Part shown: positions 17,280 through 38,150 of the stretch, piece by piece
Layout of the letters: each line of letters begins with the position of its first letter
Position numbering within the stretch: position 1 is the first letter of the stretch
Assembly: GCF_009914755.1 (NCBI RefSeq)
Contig: NC_060926.1
DNA length: 64,000 nucleotides
Source: the human T2T-CHM13v2.0 reference genome, Homo sapiens
Direction: 5' to 3' (one strand)
Notes under the pieces: model-generated
Told to the model about the DNA's origin: nothing
The model's input: only the letters and a program-made list of their open reading frames with translations
Databases searched by the model: none
Program-made: the position numbers and the translations under genes

Positions 17280-17496
17280 TCACTGTGGAAAAGTTTGGAG
17301 GTTCCTCAAAAAACTTAAACATGGAATGACCACATAATCTATTATTTTGTCTTCTCAGTATACACCCAAAATAATTGAATGCAGGGATTTAAACGTATAA
17401 TAGTACACCAATGTTTACAGCACCATTTTCCACAAAGCTAAATGTGAAAGAAATCCAAATTTTTAATCAGTAGATGAATAGATAAACAAAATATAG

Positions 17497-17540
<44 letters not shown>

Positions 17541-17962
17541 AGAGAGAGAGAAACCCAATGGAGTCTTAAATTCAGTCTTAAAAAGCAATGAAATTCTGAT
17601 ACATTTTACAAAAAGGAAGAAGCTGGAAAACATTATGCTAAGTGAAAAGGAGACACAAAAGATAAAATGTTGTTCCACTTCTATGGAGTACATAGAGTAG
17701 ACAAATTTATAGAAAAAGAAAGGAGAAATAAAAAGTAGAAAAGAAAGTAGGAAAAAGTAGAAAGTACAGTTGGAGAGAGAGAGGAATGGGAAGTTATTGT
17801 GTAATGAGCACAGTGTTTCTGTTTGTAATGATAACTTCCGGTAATGAATAGAAATGATAATCACAAAACAGGTGAATGTACTTAATGTTAGGGAACTATA
17901 CACTTAAAATCATTAAAATGATAAAAATGGAAAATTTTATGTATTATATATGTTACCACAAT
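17280..17962 (+). mobile_element. L1MB-type 3' fragment
   Basis: CACTGTGGAAAAGTTTGG..AACATTATGCTAAGTGAAA..GTGAATGTACTTAATG..TACCACAAT. Confidence 0.7.
17498..17550. repeat. Compound (TG)n(AG)n microsatellite
   Basis: About 19 TG units followed by about 7 AG units. Confidence 0.95.
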
Positions 17963-19389
17963 AGCAGAAAGGAAATCACATAGAAATTCTGAGGCTGAAA
18001 AATACCATAACTAAAAGAAAAAAATTACTAGAGGGATTCAATAGCAGAGTTTGAACACATAGAAGAAATAATCAGTGAACTTGAAGACAGAACAATTGAA
18101 ATTATTTATTCTGAGAAATAGAAAGAAAAAATAATGAAGAAAAGTAAACAGCCTAAAGGACCTAAGAAAAACCATCAAGAGACCAAAGAATGTAAGGAGG
18201 AAAAATAATATAAGACGAAATAATTTTAAAAACTTATAAATTTGGCAAAAGACATAAATCTGTAAATCCAAACAGCTCCAAGAACTCAAAGTAGAATAAA
18301 CTCAAAGATACTCACACCAAGACACACTATAATCAAAATGTCAAAAGCCAAAGATAAGATTCTGGGAAGGTAGAGTAGAAAGCACAAGAAGTCTCTCACC
18401 TTGCCTAGACAACAATTTTACTGGCAGAATATGGCTGATGTAACTATTTTGGAACTCTGGCATTGACTGAAAGTTGATATATTTTAGAATAAGGCATGGA
18501 TGCTAAATTGCAGTTAATTTCAATTTCTTAGCACAGTAGAAGCTACCTATTTGAATTCCCATTCTGGTGGCAGGCAGCTGTGCTCATGTTCTTGGAGGAA
18601 TCTGCACACAACTTGAGGGAGCACAGGTTGGCAAGGAGGACCACTTCCTCCAAGTTTCATGAGTGTCATCTCTGATCACTGATTGCTGAATCTCATTAAA
18701 GAGGTACAGACAGAGGTGGGTGGTAATTGTTGCTGCACTTTCTTGCATTGTGAAAATGATTTCACTTCCAGCTAAAGTGATTTCCAAGATTTGAAGGACT
18801 GATGGGTCTTTCATCACCTTAAATTTTTCTCCCTTTTTGGGAGCTAGACATTAAACACTAGACATTAGAAAGCAATGCATATACAAAGAAAATAATAAAG
18901 TGATCATACATGCTCAGGAAAAGGTACAGTCTCAGAAAAGACCTGAGAAGACCTTAAGTTTACATCTCAGGCAGATCCTTGGGATACAGAAAGCCACAAT
19001 TAAAAAAAAAATAACTAAAAACAGCAAACTAGGAAGGGGATGATGTGATTTCCACAATTATCACATTTCTTAGATTCAAATGTCCAGTTCCAGTGAAAAC
19101 TCACAAGGCATACAAAGAAACTTGAAAGTGTGGCTCATTCAAAGGAAAAAAAATAAATCAACAAAAATTGTTATTTAAAAAGGCCTGACAGCAAATATAC
19201 TAGAAAAACACTTAAAAACAACATTCTTAAAGATGCTCAAAGATATAAAGTTAAAACTGTGTATGAACAAAATCAAAATATTAATGAAAGACATAGAAAA
19301 CTAAAAGGAAAACAAAAAGAAATTCTAGAGGCAAAAATTACAATAACCTAAATAACACATTTACTAGAGAGATTCAAAAGTGGGTTTGA

Positions 19390-20031
19390 TGTTCCCCTTC
19401 CTGTGTCCATGTGTTCTCATTGTTCAATTCCCACCTATGAGTAAGAACATGCGGTGTTTGGTTTTTTGTCCTTGCTATAGTTTACTGAGAATGATGATTT
19501 CCAATTTCATCCATGTCCCTACAAAGGACATGAACTCATCATTTTTTACGGCTGCATAGTATTCCATGGTGTATATGTGCCACATTTTCTTAATCCAGTC
19601 TATCATTGTTGGACATTTGGGTTGGTACCAAGTCTTCGATATTGTGAAAAAAAAAAAAAGAAAATGCTATCTGTGTAAAAAAATACTTACCATGGTATTT
19701 ACTTGTAGTAGTGAAAAAAATTAAATACCTTAAATGTTCAAAGTAATAGTTAATTACAATGTATATGGAATAGTGTATATATATTAAAGATAATGGTTAT
19801 GCAGATGAACTGTTGGAAATGGATACAATAATTGAGAAAGGATACACATGCCTATGTACAGCATGAGTATGTTAACGAAAAGTAACTATCAATTGATTGC
19901 TTTGGTACACATATATGTATATACCCATGTAAAAATCTTTCATCTCAATTCATTAGTGCTTTTGTTTGTAAGCAATACACATAGAAATGTATTTTCCTTT
20001 TAATTAACAATAAAGTTTAAGTTATAGAAAA
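19390..20031 (+). mobile_element. 5'-inverted short L1PA insertion with 3' transduction
   Basis: 14-bp TSD AAAAGTGGGTTTGA (19376-19389 / 20032-20045); antisense L1PA 3' piece 19390-19646, A-run 19647-19659, ~370 bp foreign DNA, AATAAA at 20009-20014, second A-tail. Confidence 0.88.
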
Positions 20032-20792
20032 AAAAGTGGGTTTGAGCAGGCAGAAGAAAAAACCACAAACTTGAAGATGGAACAATGAAAATTAATTAGT
20101 CTGAGGAATAGATTTAAAAAATTAAAGTGAAGTGAACCTAAGGAACCTGTAGGTCACCATCAAGTGGATCAATGTATGCATTTTGTGAGTCCCAAATGGA
20201 AAAGACAGGGAAAGGGGGAGAAGGAATATTTGAAGAATGTCTGAAGACTTCCCACATTTGATGACAGATGTGAATATAAACATCCAAAGTCAATAAACTC
20301 CAAGTAAGATGATCTCAAAAAGAACCACATTGAGACATGTTATAATTATATTTTCAAAAGACAATGAGAATTTTGAAACCAGTAAGAAAGTAGTGACATG
20401 TCACAGGAATTCTCAATAAGATTGTCAGCAGATTTCTCTTTTTTTAAAAAAAGCATAAGTTCTGAGGTACATGTGCATAACGTGCACGTTTGTTACATAG
20501 GTATACACGTGCCATGGTGGTTTGCTGCACCCATCAACACATCATCTACATTAGGTATTTCTCCTAATGCTATCCCTCCCCTATTCCCCCACCCCACGAC
20601 AGGCCTGGTGTCTGTCCAAGTGTCCCCTCCCTGTGATCCTCTCCCTGTGTCCAAGTGTTTTCATTGTTCAACTCCCACTTATAAGTGAGAACATGCGGTG
20701 TTTGGATTTCTGTTCTCATGTTAAGTTTGCTAAGAATGATGGTTTCGAGCTTCATCCATGTCCCTGCAAAGGACATGAACTCATCCTTCTTT

Positions 20793-26826
<6,034 letters not shown>

Positions 26827-29134
26827 TGAACTCATCCTTCTTTATGGCTGCTTAGTATTCCATGGTATAGATGTGCCAAATTTTCTTTATCCAGGCTATC
26901 ATTAATGCGCATTAGGGTTGGTTCCAAGTCTTTGCTATTGTCAACAGTGTCACAATAAACATATATGTGCATGTGTCTTTATATTAGAATGATTTATAAT
27001 CCTTTGGGTATATACCCAGTATTGGGATTTCTGGGTCAAATTGTATTTCTAGTTCTAGATCCTTGAGGAATCGCCACACTGTCTTCCACAATGGTTGAAC
27101 TAATTTGCACTCCCAACAGTGTAAAAGTATTCCTATTTCTCCACATCCTCTCCAGCATCTGTTGTTTCCTGACTTCTTAATGACTGCCATTATAACAGGT
27201 GTGAGATGGTATCTCAATGTGGTTTTGATTTGCATTTCTCTAATGACCAGTGATGATGAGCCTTTTTTCATGTCTGTTGGCTGCATAAATGTCTTCTTTT
27301 GAGGAGTGTCTGTTCATATCCTTCACCCACTTTTTGATAGGGGTGTTTCTTTTTTTCTTATAAATTTGTTTAAGTTCTTTGTAGATTCTAGATATTAGCC
27401 CTTTGTCAGATGGATAGACTGCAAAAAATTTCTCCCATTCTGTAAGCTGCATGTTCACTCTGATGATAGTTTCTTTTGCTATACAGAAGCTCTTTGGATT
27501 AATTAGATCCCATTTGTCTATCTTGGCATTTGTTGCCATTGCTTTCAGTGTTTTAGTCATGAAGTCTTTTCCCATGCCTATGTCCTGAATGGTATTGCCT
27601 AGGTTTTCTTCTAGGGTTTTTTGTGGTTTTAGGTCTTACATTTAAGTCTTTGATCCATCTTGAGTTAATTTTTGTATAAGGTGTAAGGAAGGGATCCAGT
27701 TTCAGCTTTCTGTATATGGCTAGCCAGTCTTCCCAACACCATTTATTAAATAGGAAATCCGTTCCCCATTGCTCGTTTTTGTCAGGTTTGTTAAAGATCA
27801 AATGGTTGTAGATGTGTGGTGTTATTTCTGAGGTCTCTGTTCTGTTCCATTGGTCTATATCTCTGTTTTGGTACCAGTACCATGCTGTTTTGGTTACTGT
27901 AGCCTTGTAGTATAGTTAGAAGTCAGGTAGCGTGATGCCTCCAGTTTTGCTCTTTTTGCTTAGGATTGTCTTGGCTATGCGGGCTCTTTTTTGGCTCTAT
28001 ATGAAATTTGAAGTGTCTTTTTCCAATTCGGTGAAGAAAGTCAATGGTAGCTTGATGGGGATAGCATTGAGTCTATAAATTACTTAGGGCAGTATAGCCA
28101 TTTTCATGATGTTGCTTCTTCCTATCCATGAGCATGGAATGTTTTTCCATTTGTTTGTGTCCTCTCAAATTTCCTTGAGCAGTGGTTTGTAGTTCTCCTT
28201 GAAGAGGTCCTTCACATCCCTTGTAAGTTGTATCTCTAGGTAATTTATTGTCTTTGTGGCAAACATCAGAGCAGAACTGAAGGAGATAGAGACATAAAAA
28301 GCCCTTCAAAAAAAAATCAATGAATCCAGGATCTGTTTTTTTTAAAAGATCAACAAATAGATAGACCACTAGCCAGACTAATAGAGATAAAAAGAGAGAA
28401 GAATCAAGTAGATACAGTAAAAAATGATAAAGGGGATATCACCCCCGGTCCCACAGAAATACAAACTACCATCAGAGAATACTATAAACACCACTATGCA
28501 AATAAACTAGAAAATCTAGAAGAAATGGATGAATTTCTGGACACATACACCCTCCCAAGACTAAACCAGGAAGAAGTTGAATCCCTGAATAGACCAATAA
28601 CAAGTTCTGAAATTGAGGCAGCAATTAATAGCCTACCAACCAAAAAAAAAAGTCCAGGACCAGACAGATTCACAGCTGAATTCTACCAGAGGTACAAAGT
28701 GGAGCTGGTACCATTCCTTCTGAAACTATTCCAAACAATAGAAAAAGAGAGAATCCTCCCTGACTCATTTTATGAGGTCAGCATCATCCTGATACCAAAA
28801 CCTGGCAGAGACATAACAAAAAAAGAAAATTTCAGTCCAATATCCCTGATGAATATCGATGTGAATATCCTCAATAAAATACTGGCAAACCAAATCCAGC
28901 AGCACATCAAAAAGCTTATCCACCATGGTCAAGTCGGCTTCATCCTTGGGATGCAAGGCTGGTTTAACATGCCCAAATCAATAAATATAATCCATCACAT
29001 AAGCAGAACCAATGACAAACACCACATGATTATCTCAATAGATGCAGAAAAGGCCTTAGATAAAATTCAACAGTGCTTCATGCTAAAAACTCTCAATGAA
29101 CTAGGTATTGATGGAACATAACTCAAAATAATAA

Positions 29135-29308
<174 letters not shown>

Positions 29309-30594
29309 TAATTAGGAAAAGAGGAAGTCAAATTGTCTCTGTTTGCAGATGACATGATTGTACATTTAGAAAACCCCATTGTCTCAGCCCAAAATCTCCT
29401 TAAGATTGTCAGCGGATTTTTCATTAAAACTTTGGAGGTCAGAGTGCAAGGGGTCAGTATATTGAAACTGCTAAAGGAGAAAAAAAAAAAAGCCAAGCAA
29501 AATTGTCCTTCAAATGTGACAAAGAAAATTAAGACATATTCATATGAACAAAAGCTAAAGAATTTTCTTACCACTAGACCTACTCTGCAAGAAATGCTCA
29601 AGGAAGTCCTGCAGGATGAAATGAAAAGACAATAGACAGTAATTCAAAGCCATATGAAGAAATAAAATGTACATAAACATAAATACATTGGAAATTATAA
29701 AAGCTAGTATTAATGTAACATTTATAATACCATCTTAGTTTTCTACATGATTTAAGGTACTAACGTATTTTAAAAACAATTGTCTAAAAGCTAGTACTAT
29801 TGTAACTTTGGTTTATAACTTCACATTTATACTTTAAGAGAAGAATGCATTTAAAATATCACTTTATACTTTTAGACCCACAATGCATAAAGGTGTAACT
29901 TTGTGACAATAACTGAAAGTGATAGGGACAAAACAATGACAGAGCAGAGATTTTGTAAATCACTGAAGTTAAAATAGTATAATTCTAATTAAGTTATTGT
30001 AATTTTAGAATGTTAAATGTAATCTTTATGGTGACTAGAAAGAAAATACCTTAAAATACAAAAGTAAATGAAAAAGAAAGTTAAATATTTCATAACAAAA
30101 AATTAAACATAAAAAACAGGGATGCAGGAAATGAGGGACAAAGAAGTGATAAATCATATAGAAAACAAATAGCAAAATGACAGAAGTATGTCTTTCCTTA
30201 TCAGTCACTACTTTAAGTGTAAATGAATCAAACTGTTTCAAATCAAAAGACAAAGACTGACAGACTAGATTTAAGAAAACATGATTCAATTTTATACTGT
30301 CTACAAGAGACTCCCTTTAGTATCAAAGACACAAATAGATTGAAAGTTGTGACATAGGTGACAACATGGATGAAGCTTGAGCACATTATGCAAAGTGAGG
30401 TAAGCCAGTCACACAAACACAAAAACTGTATGAATTCACATAAATGAGATACTTAGAGTCTTAGCTGAAATTATAGAGACAGAACGTAGAATGGTGGTTG
30501 GCAAGGGCTGGAGGGCTTAGCATGAAAAGATATTGTTTAATGGGTTAAGTTTCAGTTTTACAAGACAAAAAGTGTTAAGGAGATGGATGGTGGT

Positions 30595-32711
<2,117 letters not shown>

Positions 32712-33494
32712 GTGGTGATAGCTGCACAATATTATGAATGTATTTAATACCACCGACATATAAACTTTTAATATGATTCCAATTGTACATTTTATGTTAT
32801 GTGTATTTTACTACAATTTTATAAATTTGGAAAAAAAGGCAATCATAAAAGCAGTGTCAGAAGAGACTCCTCATGTTCATGTACAAGGATTCTCAATAAT
32901 ATTTAAAGTTGTTAAAAAATTGTCAACTAAGAATTCTATGCCTCATAATTTCTTATAAGATACGCTTAAAAGTTGAGGGAGCTTGTTAGCACTAGACTTC
33001 TCCTGTAAGAAATGACAAAGGGAGTCCTGCAAGTTAAAATGAAAGTCACTAGACAGTAAGTCAAAGCCACATGAATAAATAAAATTCTGGCAAAGGCAAA
33101 TACATAAATAAATACATAAGTAATAAAATACTTTTATTTTATTAAAAATAAAAGATATTATATTTTTGATTTCTAATTACATTTTTCATTTTCTACAGAA
33201 TTTAAAAGGCAAACTTATGAAAATAATTATAAATCTATGGTGTTGTCCACACAATATATTCAAAAGCCATTTGTGACAATATACAGGGAAATGGGGAAGA
33301 TTAAGCTGTATAGGAGCAGAAATTCCCCATGCTACTGAAGTTAAATTGAGAGCAATTAAATTGTATGTTATAAATTATAATGTTAAATGTAATCTCCATA
33401 GTATACATTAAGACAATATTCAAAATAAATATATGAAAGAAAATGAGAAAGGAATCAAACTACAAAAAAATCAACTAAACACAAAAGAAGATAG

Positions 33495-34991
33495 TGTTCT
33501 TAGTTCATTTGGGCTGCTATAACAAAAATATTTTAGATGGGGTAATCTATAAACAAAAGATTTTTCCACAGTTCTGGAAAGCAGAAAGTCTGTGATCAAG
33601 GCACCAGCAGATTAGGTGTCTGGTGAGGGCTTGCTCTCTGCCTCAAAGTGGTACTCTCTTCTTGTATCCTCACATGGCAGAAGGGCCAAATGCTGTACCC
33701 TCAGATGGCAAAATGAGCAAAGCAGTCCATGAAATGTCTTTTATAAGAGCACAAATTTCATTCATAAAATTTGCTCTCTCGGGCATCCTTTAAAATTTAG
33801 GTGGAAGTAGCCACACCCCTAAAACTCTCCAACTCTGTGTATCTCCAGAATAAGCATTACACTGATGCCAGCATGGATTACTACAATGTGCCTTCCAAAG
33901 CGGAAGCCGCTGTGGCCTGCACTGCTCCTTGGTCTACTTGAGCCACATCTGGGACAACTAAGGAGCACTATACCAGAATGTGGGGAGCAGAGACTTACGT
34001 AAAGTACCAGGAGTACCCAAGACTCCCCTTTTGTCATTGTTTTGCCCGTAGGCCTTGGCACTCTGAGCCTGCGATGGGAGGGGCAGCATCAATTATCTGC
34101 AAAATGCCTTCAGGATCATTTTTTCACTGTCTTGATAAATAACTACTGGCTTCCTTCTGTTTATATTAATGTTATCAAATGTTTGTTCAGTCACACCCTT
34201 TAGAAGTCAATAAAAGTCATGCTACACCGTCAACACTATGCTTAGATGTATCTTTCACCAAATATCCTATTTCATCACTCACAAGTTCTACTTTCCATGA
34301 AACACCAGGGCATAAACAAAATTTAGCCAAGTTTTTGCCACATTAAAACAAGGATGTCCTTCTAGTTTCGAATGACATGTTTCCCATTGCCATACAAGAC
34401 TTCATTACCTTCATTGTCCATATTCCTATCAAATTTTCCTCATAACCTTTCAGATAGTCTCTAAGATTCTGGCATTCTCCACAACTCTATTCTCCTGGGC
34501 CCTCACCAGAATCAACCTTAACACTCTGTTTTTTGCAAATGTACCACATAACTCTTCCAGAATTATTTATTATCCAGTTCTACGGCTGCTGGAACATTTT
34601 TAGGTATTTATTACAGCAGCATGCTGCTTCTTGGTACCCATTTTTGTCTCGGGTGTTGGCTACTGTAAAAAAAATACCTTCGACTAGAAAATTTATGAAA
34701 AACAGAAATTTATTGCTCATAGTTCTGGAGACTGGGAAGTCTAAGATAAAGGTGCCAGCAGATTTAGTGTCTGGCGAGGGCTTCATAGATGGAGACTTGT
34801 TAGTGTCCTCACATGGTAAAAAGGTCAGAGGGTTCTCTCAAGCCCCTTTTATAAGGGCACTAGACTCATTTATGAGAGCAGAGCATTTATGACTTAATTT
34901 TCTCCCAAAGGCCCCAGTTCTTAATGCTACCAAAATGGGGATTAAGTTTCACCATGAATTTTGGAAGGACATAAATATTCAGACAATATCA
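33495..34991 (-). mobile_element. MaLR provirus (MLT1A-like LTR-internal-LTR, partly deleted)
   Basis: LTR motif AAGG(C/T)(A/G)CCAGCAGATT..GTGTCTGG(T/C)GAGGGC at ~33600 and ~34750; MaLR internal-like sequence between. Confidence 0.72.
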
Positions 34992-34995
34992 CCAG

Positions 34996-35402
34996 TGTGT
35001 TAGGCCATTTTTGAGTTGCTATAAAAAAATGCCTGAGATTCAGGGTTTAATTTGTCATACATTTCTGCAGGCTGTACAAGTATAGGACCAACATCGGCTC
35101 AGCTCCTTGTGAGGGCTCAGGAAGCTGACCATCATGGCTGAAGGCAAAGGGAAGCCAGCATATCATGTGGCAAGAGCAGGAGCAAGAGAGAGAGAGAGAG
35201 TAGGAAGATACCACACTCTTTTAAATAACCGGATCTCATGTAACTGCCAGAGTGATAATTCACTGATCACCAAAGGGATAAGGCTAAGCCATTCATGAGA
35301 GATCTACCCCCATGACCCAAACACTTCCCACAAGGCCCCAACTGCAACACTGGGAATTACATTTCAACAAGATTTAGAGGTGACAACATCCAAATTATAT
35401 CA
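34996..35402 (-). mobile_element. MSTB-type solo LTR
   Basis: TGTGTTAGGCCATT..GAAGGCAAAGGG..CCCCCATGACCCAAACAC..ACATCCAAATTATATCA. Confidence 0.8.
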
Positions 35403-36687
35403 AGCAGTAATGGGAAAAATTAGGGGGGGGAAGCTACCAGACATACAGAAAACAAATAGTAAAATGGTAAAAGTTCTTCTTTATTAGTAATTACTTCAAA
35501 TGTAAATATATGAAAGTCTTCAATCAAAAGACAGAAATTAGCAGAATAACAAAAGACACACACAAAAAACATGATCCAACTATATGCTGCCTTACTCTGG
35601 ATCCAAAGAAACAAATTTTTCAAAAAAGAATGGAATAACACATTCCACGAAAATATTAACCCAAAGAAACTTTGGGTGGCTATACTAATATCACACAAAA
35701 TAGACTTTTGGTCACCTACTGTTCCAAGACCAAAGAATGACACTACATATTGATGAAATGGTCAGAATTCAGTGGATAAATAGTTCTTAAATAAGTTCAA
35801 TATACCACTTTCAATAATGAATAAACATCTAGACTGACCAATAAGTAATTAGAGGATCTTGAACAAAACTATAAACCAATGAGACCTAGTAGATATATAG
35901 AACATTTCCCTCAACAACAGCAGAATACACAAGTGTACCTAGAACATTCTTCAGAATAGACCATATGTTATGTCACAAAACACACCTCCATAAATTTTAA
36001 AATGTAGAATTTTACAAAGTAGCATTTCTAAACAAAATGGAATGATGTTAGTTATCAATAAGTATAGGAAAAATGAAAAATTTAACAAATATTTGAAAGT
36101 TAAACAACACACTATTAATCAATAGAGTCAAAGAAGAGATCACAATGGGGGTCAGAAAATTCATATAAATTTTTAGAAAAATTATAATAAATAGTAACAA
36201 AACATAACAAAGCTTGTGGAATGCAGCAAAGGCAGTGCTCACTGGGAAATTTATAGCAGTAAACGTCTACATTAATTAATAATATATATAAAATCAATAA
36301 CCTTAACATTACATGTTGAGGTAGAAAAATAAGAGCAAAATAAACTCAAAGCTATTCAAAAGAATGAAATAAGGGATTAGAGTAGAGATAAAGTAGAGAA
36401 TAGACAAATAATAAAATCAATGAAGTAGAAAATTGTGTTTTTGAAAATATCAACACAATTGACAAACCTTTAGCTAGACTGACGAAATGTTGAGTAAACT
36501 TTATCACTAATGTGATGCTAGCTTCGGAATTTTTATAAATCTCCTTTATTATATTGATGAAGTTTCTTTATTTTTCTAGTTTCCTGATGGTTCCTGCCAT
36601 GAAAGAGTAGTAGTTCTTGTCAAATGTCTTTTCTGCCTCAATTGAGATGACCATGTTGTTTTTCCTCTTAATTGTATTAATGTGGCG

Positions 36688-37113
36688 TGTATTAGTTTCC
36701 TAGGGCTATTATAACAAAGTACCACAAATTAAATGGGTGAAAAAATATAAATCTATTGTCCCAGTTCTAGAGACAAGAATGCTGAGATCAAAGTGCTGGT
36801 ATGATTGTGCTCACTCTGGAGGCACAGGAAAGTATATGTTCCAGGCTTCTCTCCAAGCTTCTGGTAGCTGCTTGTCTTGACACAAGTATTCACATGGTAT
36901 TTTCCTTTTGGTGTGTGTCTTTCTCTTCACATCACATTCCTTTTTAATAAGAACATCAGTTACATTGGTTTAGGGACCCACCTATTCCAGTGTGACTTCA
37001 TCTTAACTAGTAATTACATCAACAAAGACTCCTATTTCCCAATAAAGCCACATTATAAGTTACTGGGGATTGAAACTTTAACTATTTTGAGGGAGTGCTA
37101 TTAACCCCTACCA
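36688..37113 (-). mobile_element. MLT1B/C-type solo LTR
   Basis: TGTATTAGTTTCCTAGGGCT..ACAAAGTACCACAAA..CCCCTACCA; 5-bp TSD TGGCG/TGGTG. Confidence 0.8.
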
Positions 37114-37699
37114 TGGTGTGTTAAATTGATTGGTTTTCTTAATTTGAACAACCCTTGCATTTCTGGGATAAACCCCACTGAGTTGTAGTTTAAAATCTTT
37201 TTAATATGCTGTCAAATTTAGTTTTATAGCATTTTTGTTAGTTTTCTCCCTATCTATATTCACAAGAAATATCAGTGTTTAATTTTGTTTTCTTGTAATG
37301 TTTTTATATGGCTTAATATCTAGGTAATGCTGACCTCCTAGAATGAGTTAAGAAGTGTTCTTTCCTCTTTTATTTTCTTAAGATTTTGAGATGAATTGGT
37401 GTTAATTTTTTCTTAAATGTTTGGTATAACTCACCAGTGAATTCATCTCTTCCTGGACTTTTCTTTGTTGGAAAGTTTTAATGTTTAACCACAGCTATTC
37501 AACAACTTATTACAAATTTCAACCAGAACAATTAGACATTTACAAAAATGAAATGCATCGAAATTGGAGAGGAAGAAGTCAAACTGTGTCTATTTTCAGA
37601 TGAGAAGAAAAATTCTGTGTATATAGCAAATCCAAAAGAATCCACAAAAAGGCTAAAAGAGCTAACAAACAAATTCAGCAAATGTCCATTATGCAAGAT

Positions 37700-37734
37700 A
37701 CACACACGCGCACACACACATACACACACACACA
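37700..37734. repeat. Imperfect (CA)n microsatellite
   Basis: ACACACACGCGCACACACACATACACACACACACA. Confidence 0.9.
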
Positions 37735-37780
37735 AATTATGTTTCTACGGACCTGAAATAAATATTTTTTAATGTAAGAA

Positions 37781-38150
37781 TGTATATTAGTCTATTTTGC
37801 ATTGTTGTAAAAGATACTGGGTAATTTATAAAGAAGAGAGTTTTATTTGGCTGAAGGTTCTGCAGGCTATACATGCATGGCACTAGCATCTCCTCAGCTT
37901 CTGGTGAGTTCTCAGGAAGGTTTGACTCATAGTAGAAGGCAAAGGGAGAGCAGGTGTGCCATATGGCATAAAAGGGAATGAGACATGCCAGCCTCATGTA
38001 AACAACAAAATCTCACATAAACTCATTACTGTGGGGAAGGTACCAAGCCATTCGTGAGGAATTCACCTCCATAACCCAAACACCTCCCACCAGGCCCTAG
38101 ATCAAATGTCAATATGAGGTTTGGAGGGGACAAACATCCAAACTATACTA
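37781..38150 (-). mobile_element. MSTB-type solo LTR
   Basis: TGTATATTAGTC..GGTTCTGCAGGCTATACA..CCCAAACACCTCCCACCAGGCCC..ACAAACATCCAAACTATA. Confidence 0.78.

Noticed and set aside
17463-17903. 146-aa minus-strand ORF with TH repeats
   Set aside because: Antisense of an A-rich L1 3' fragment plus a (TG)n microsatellite
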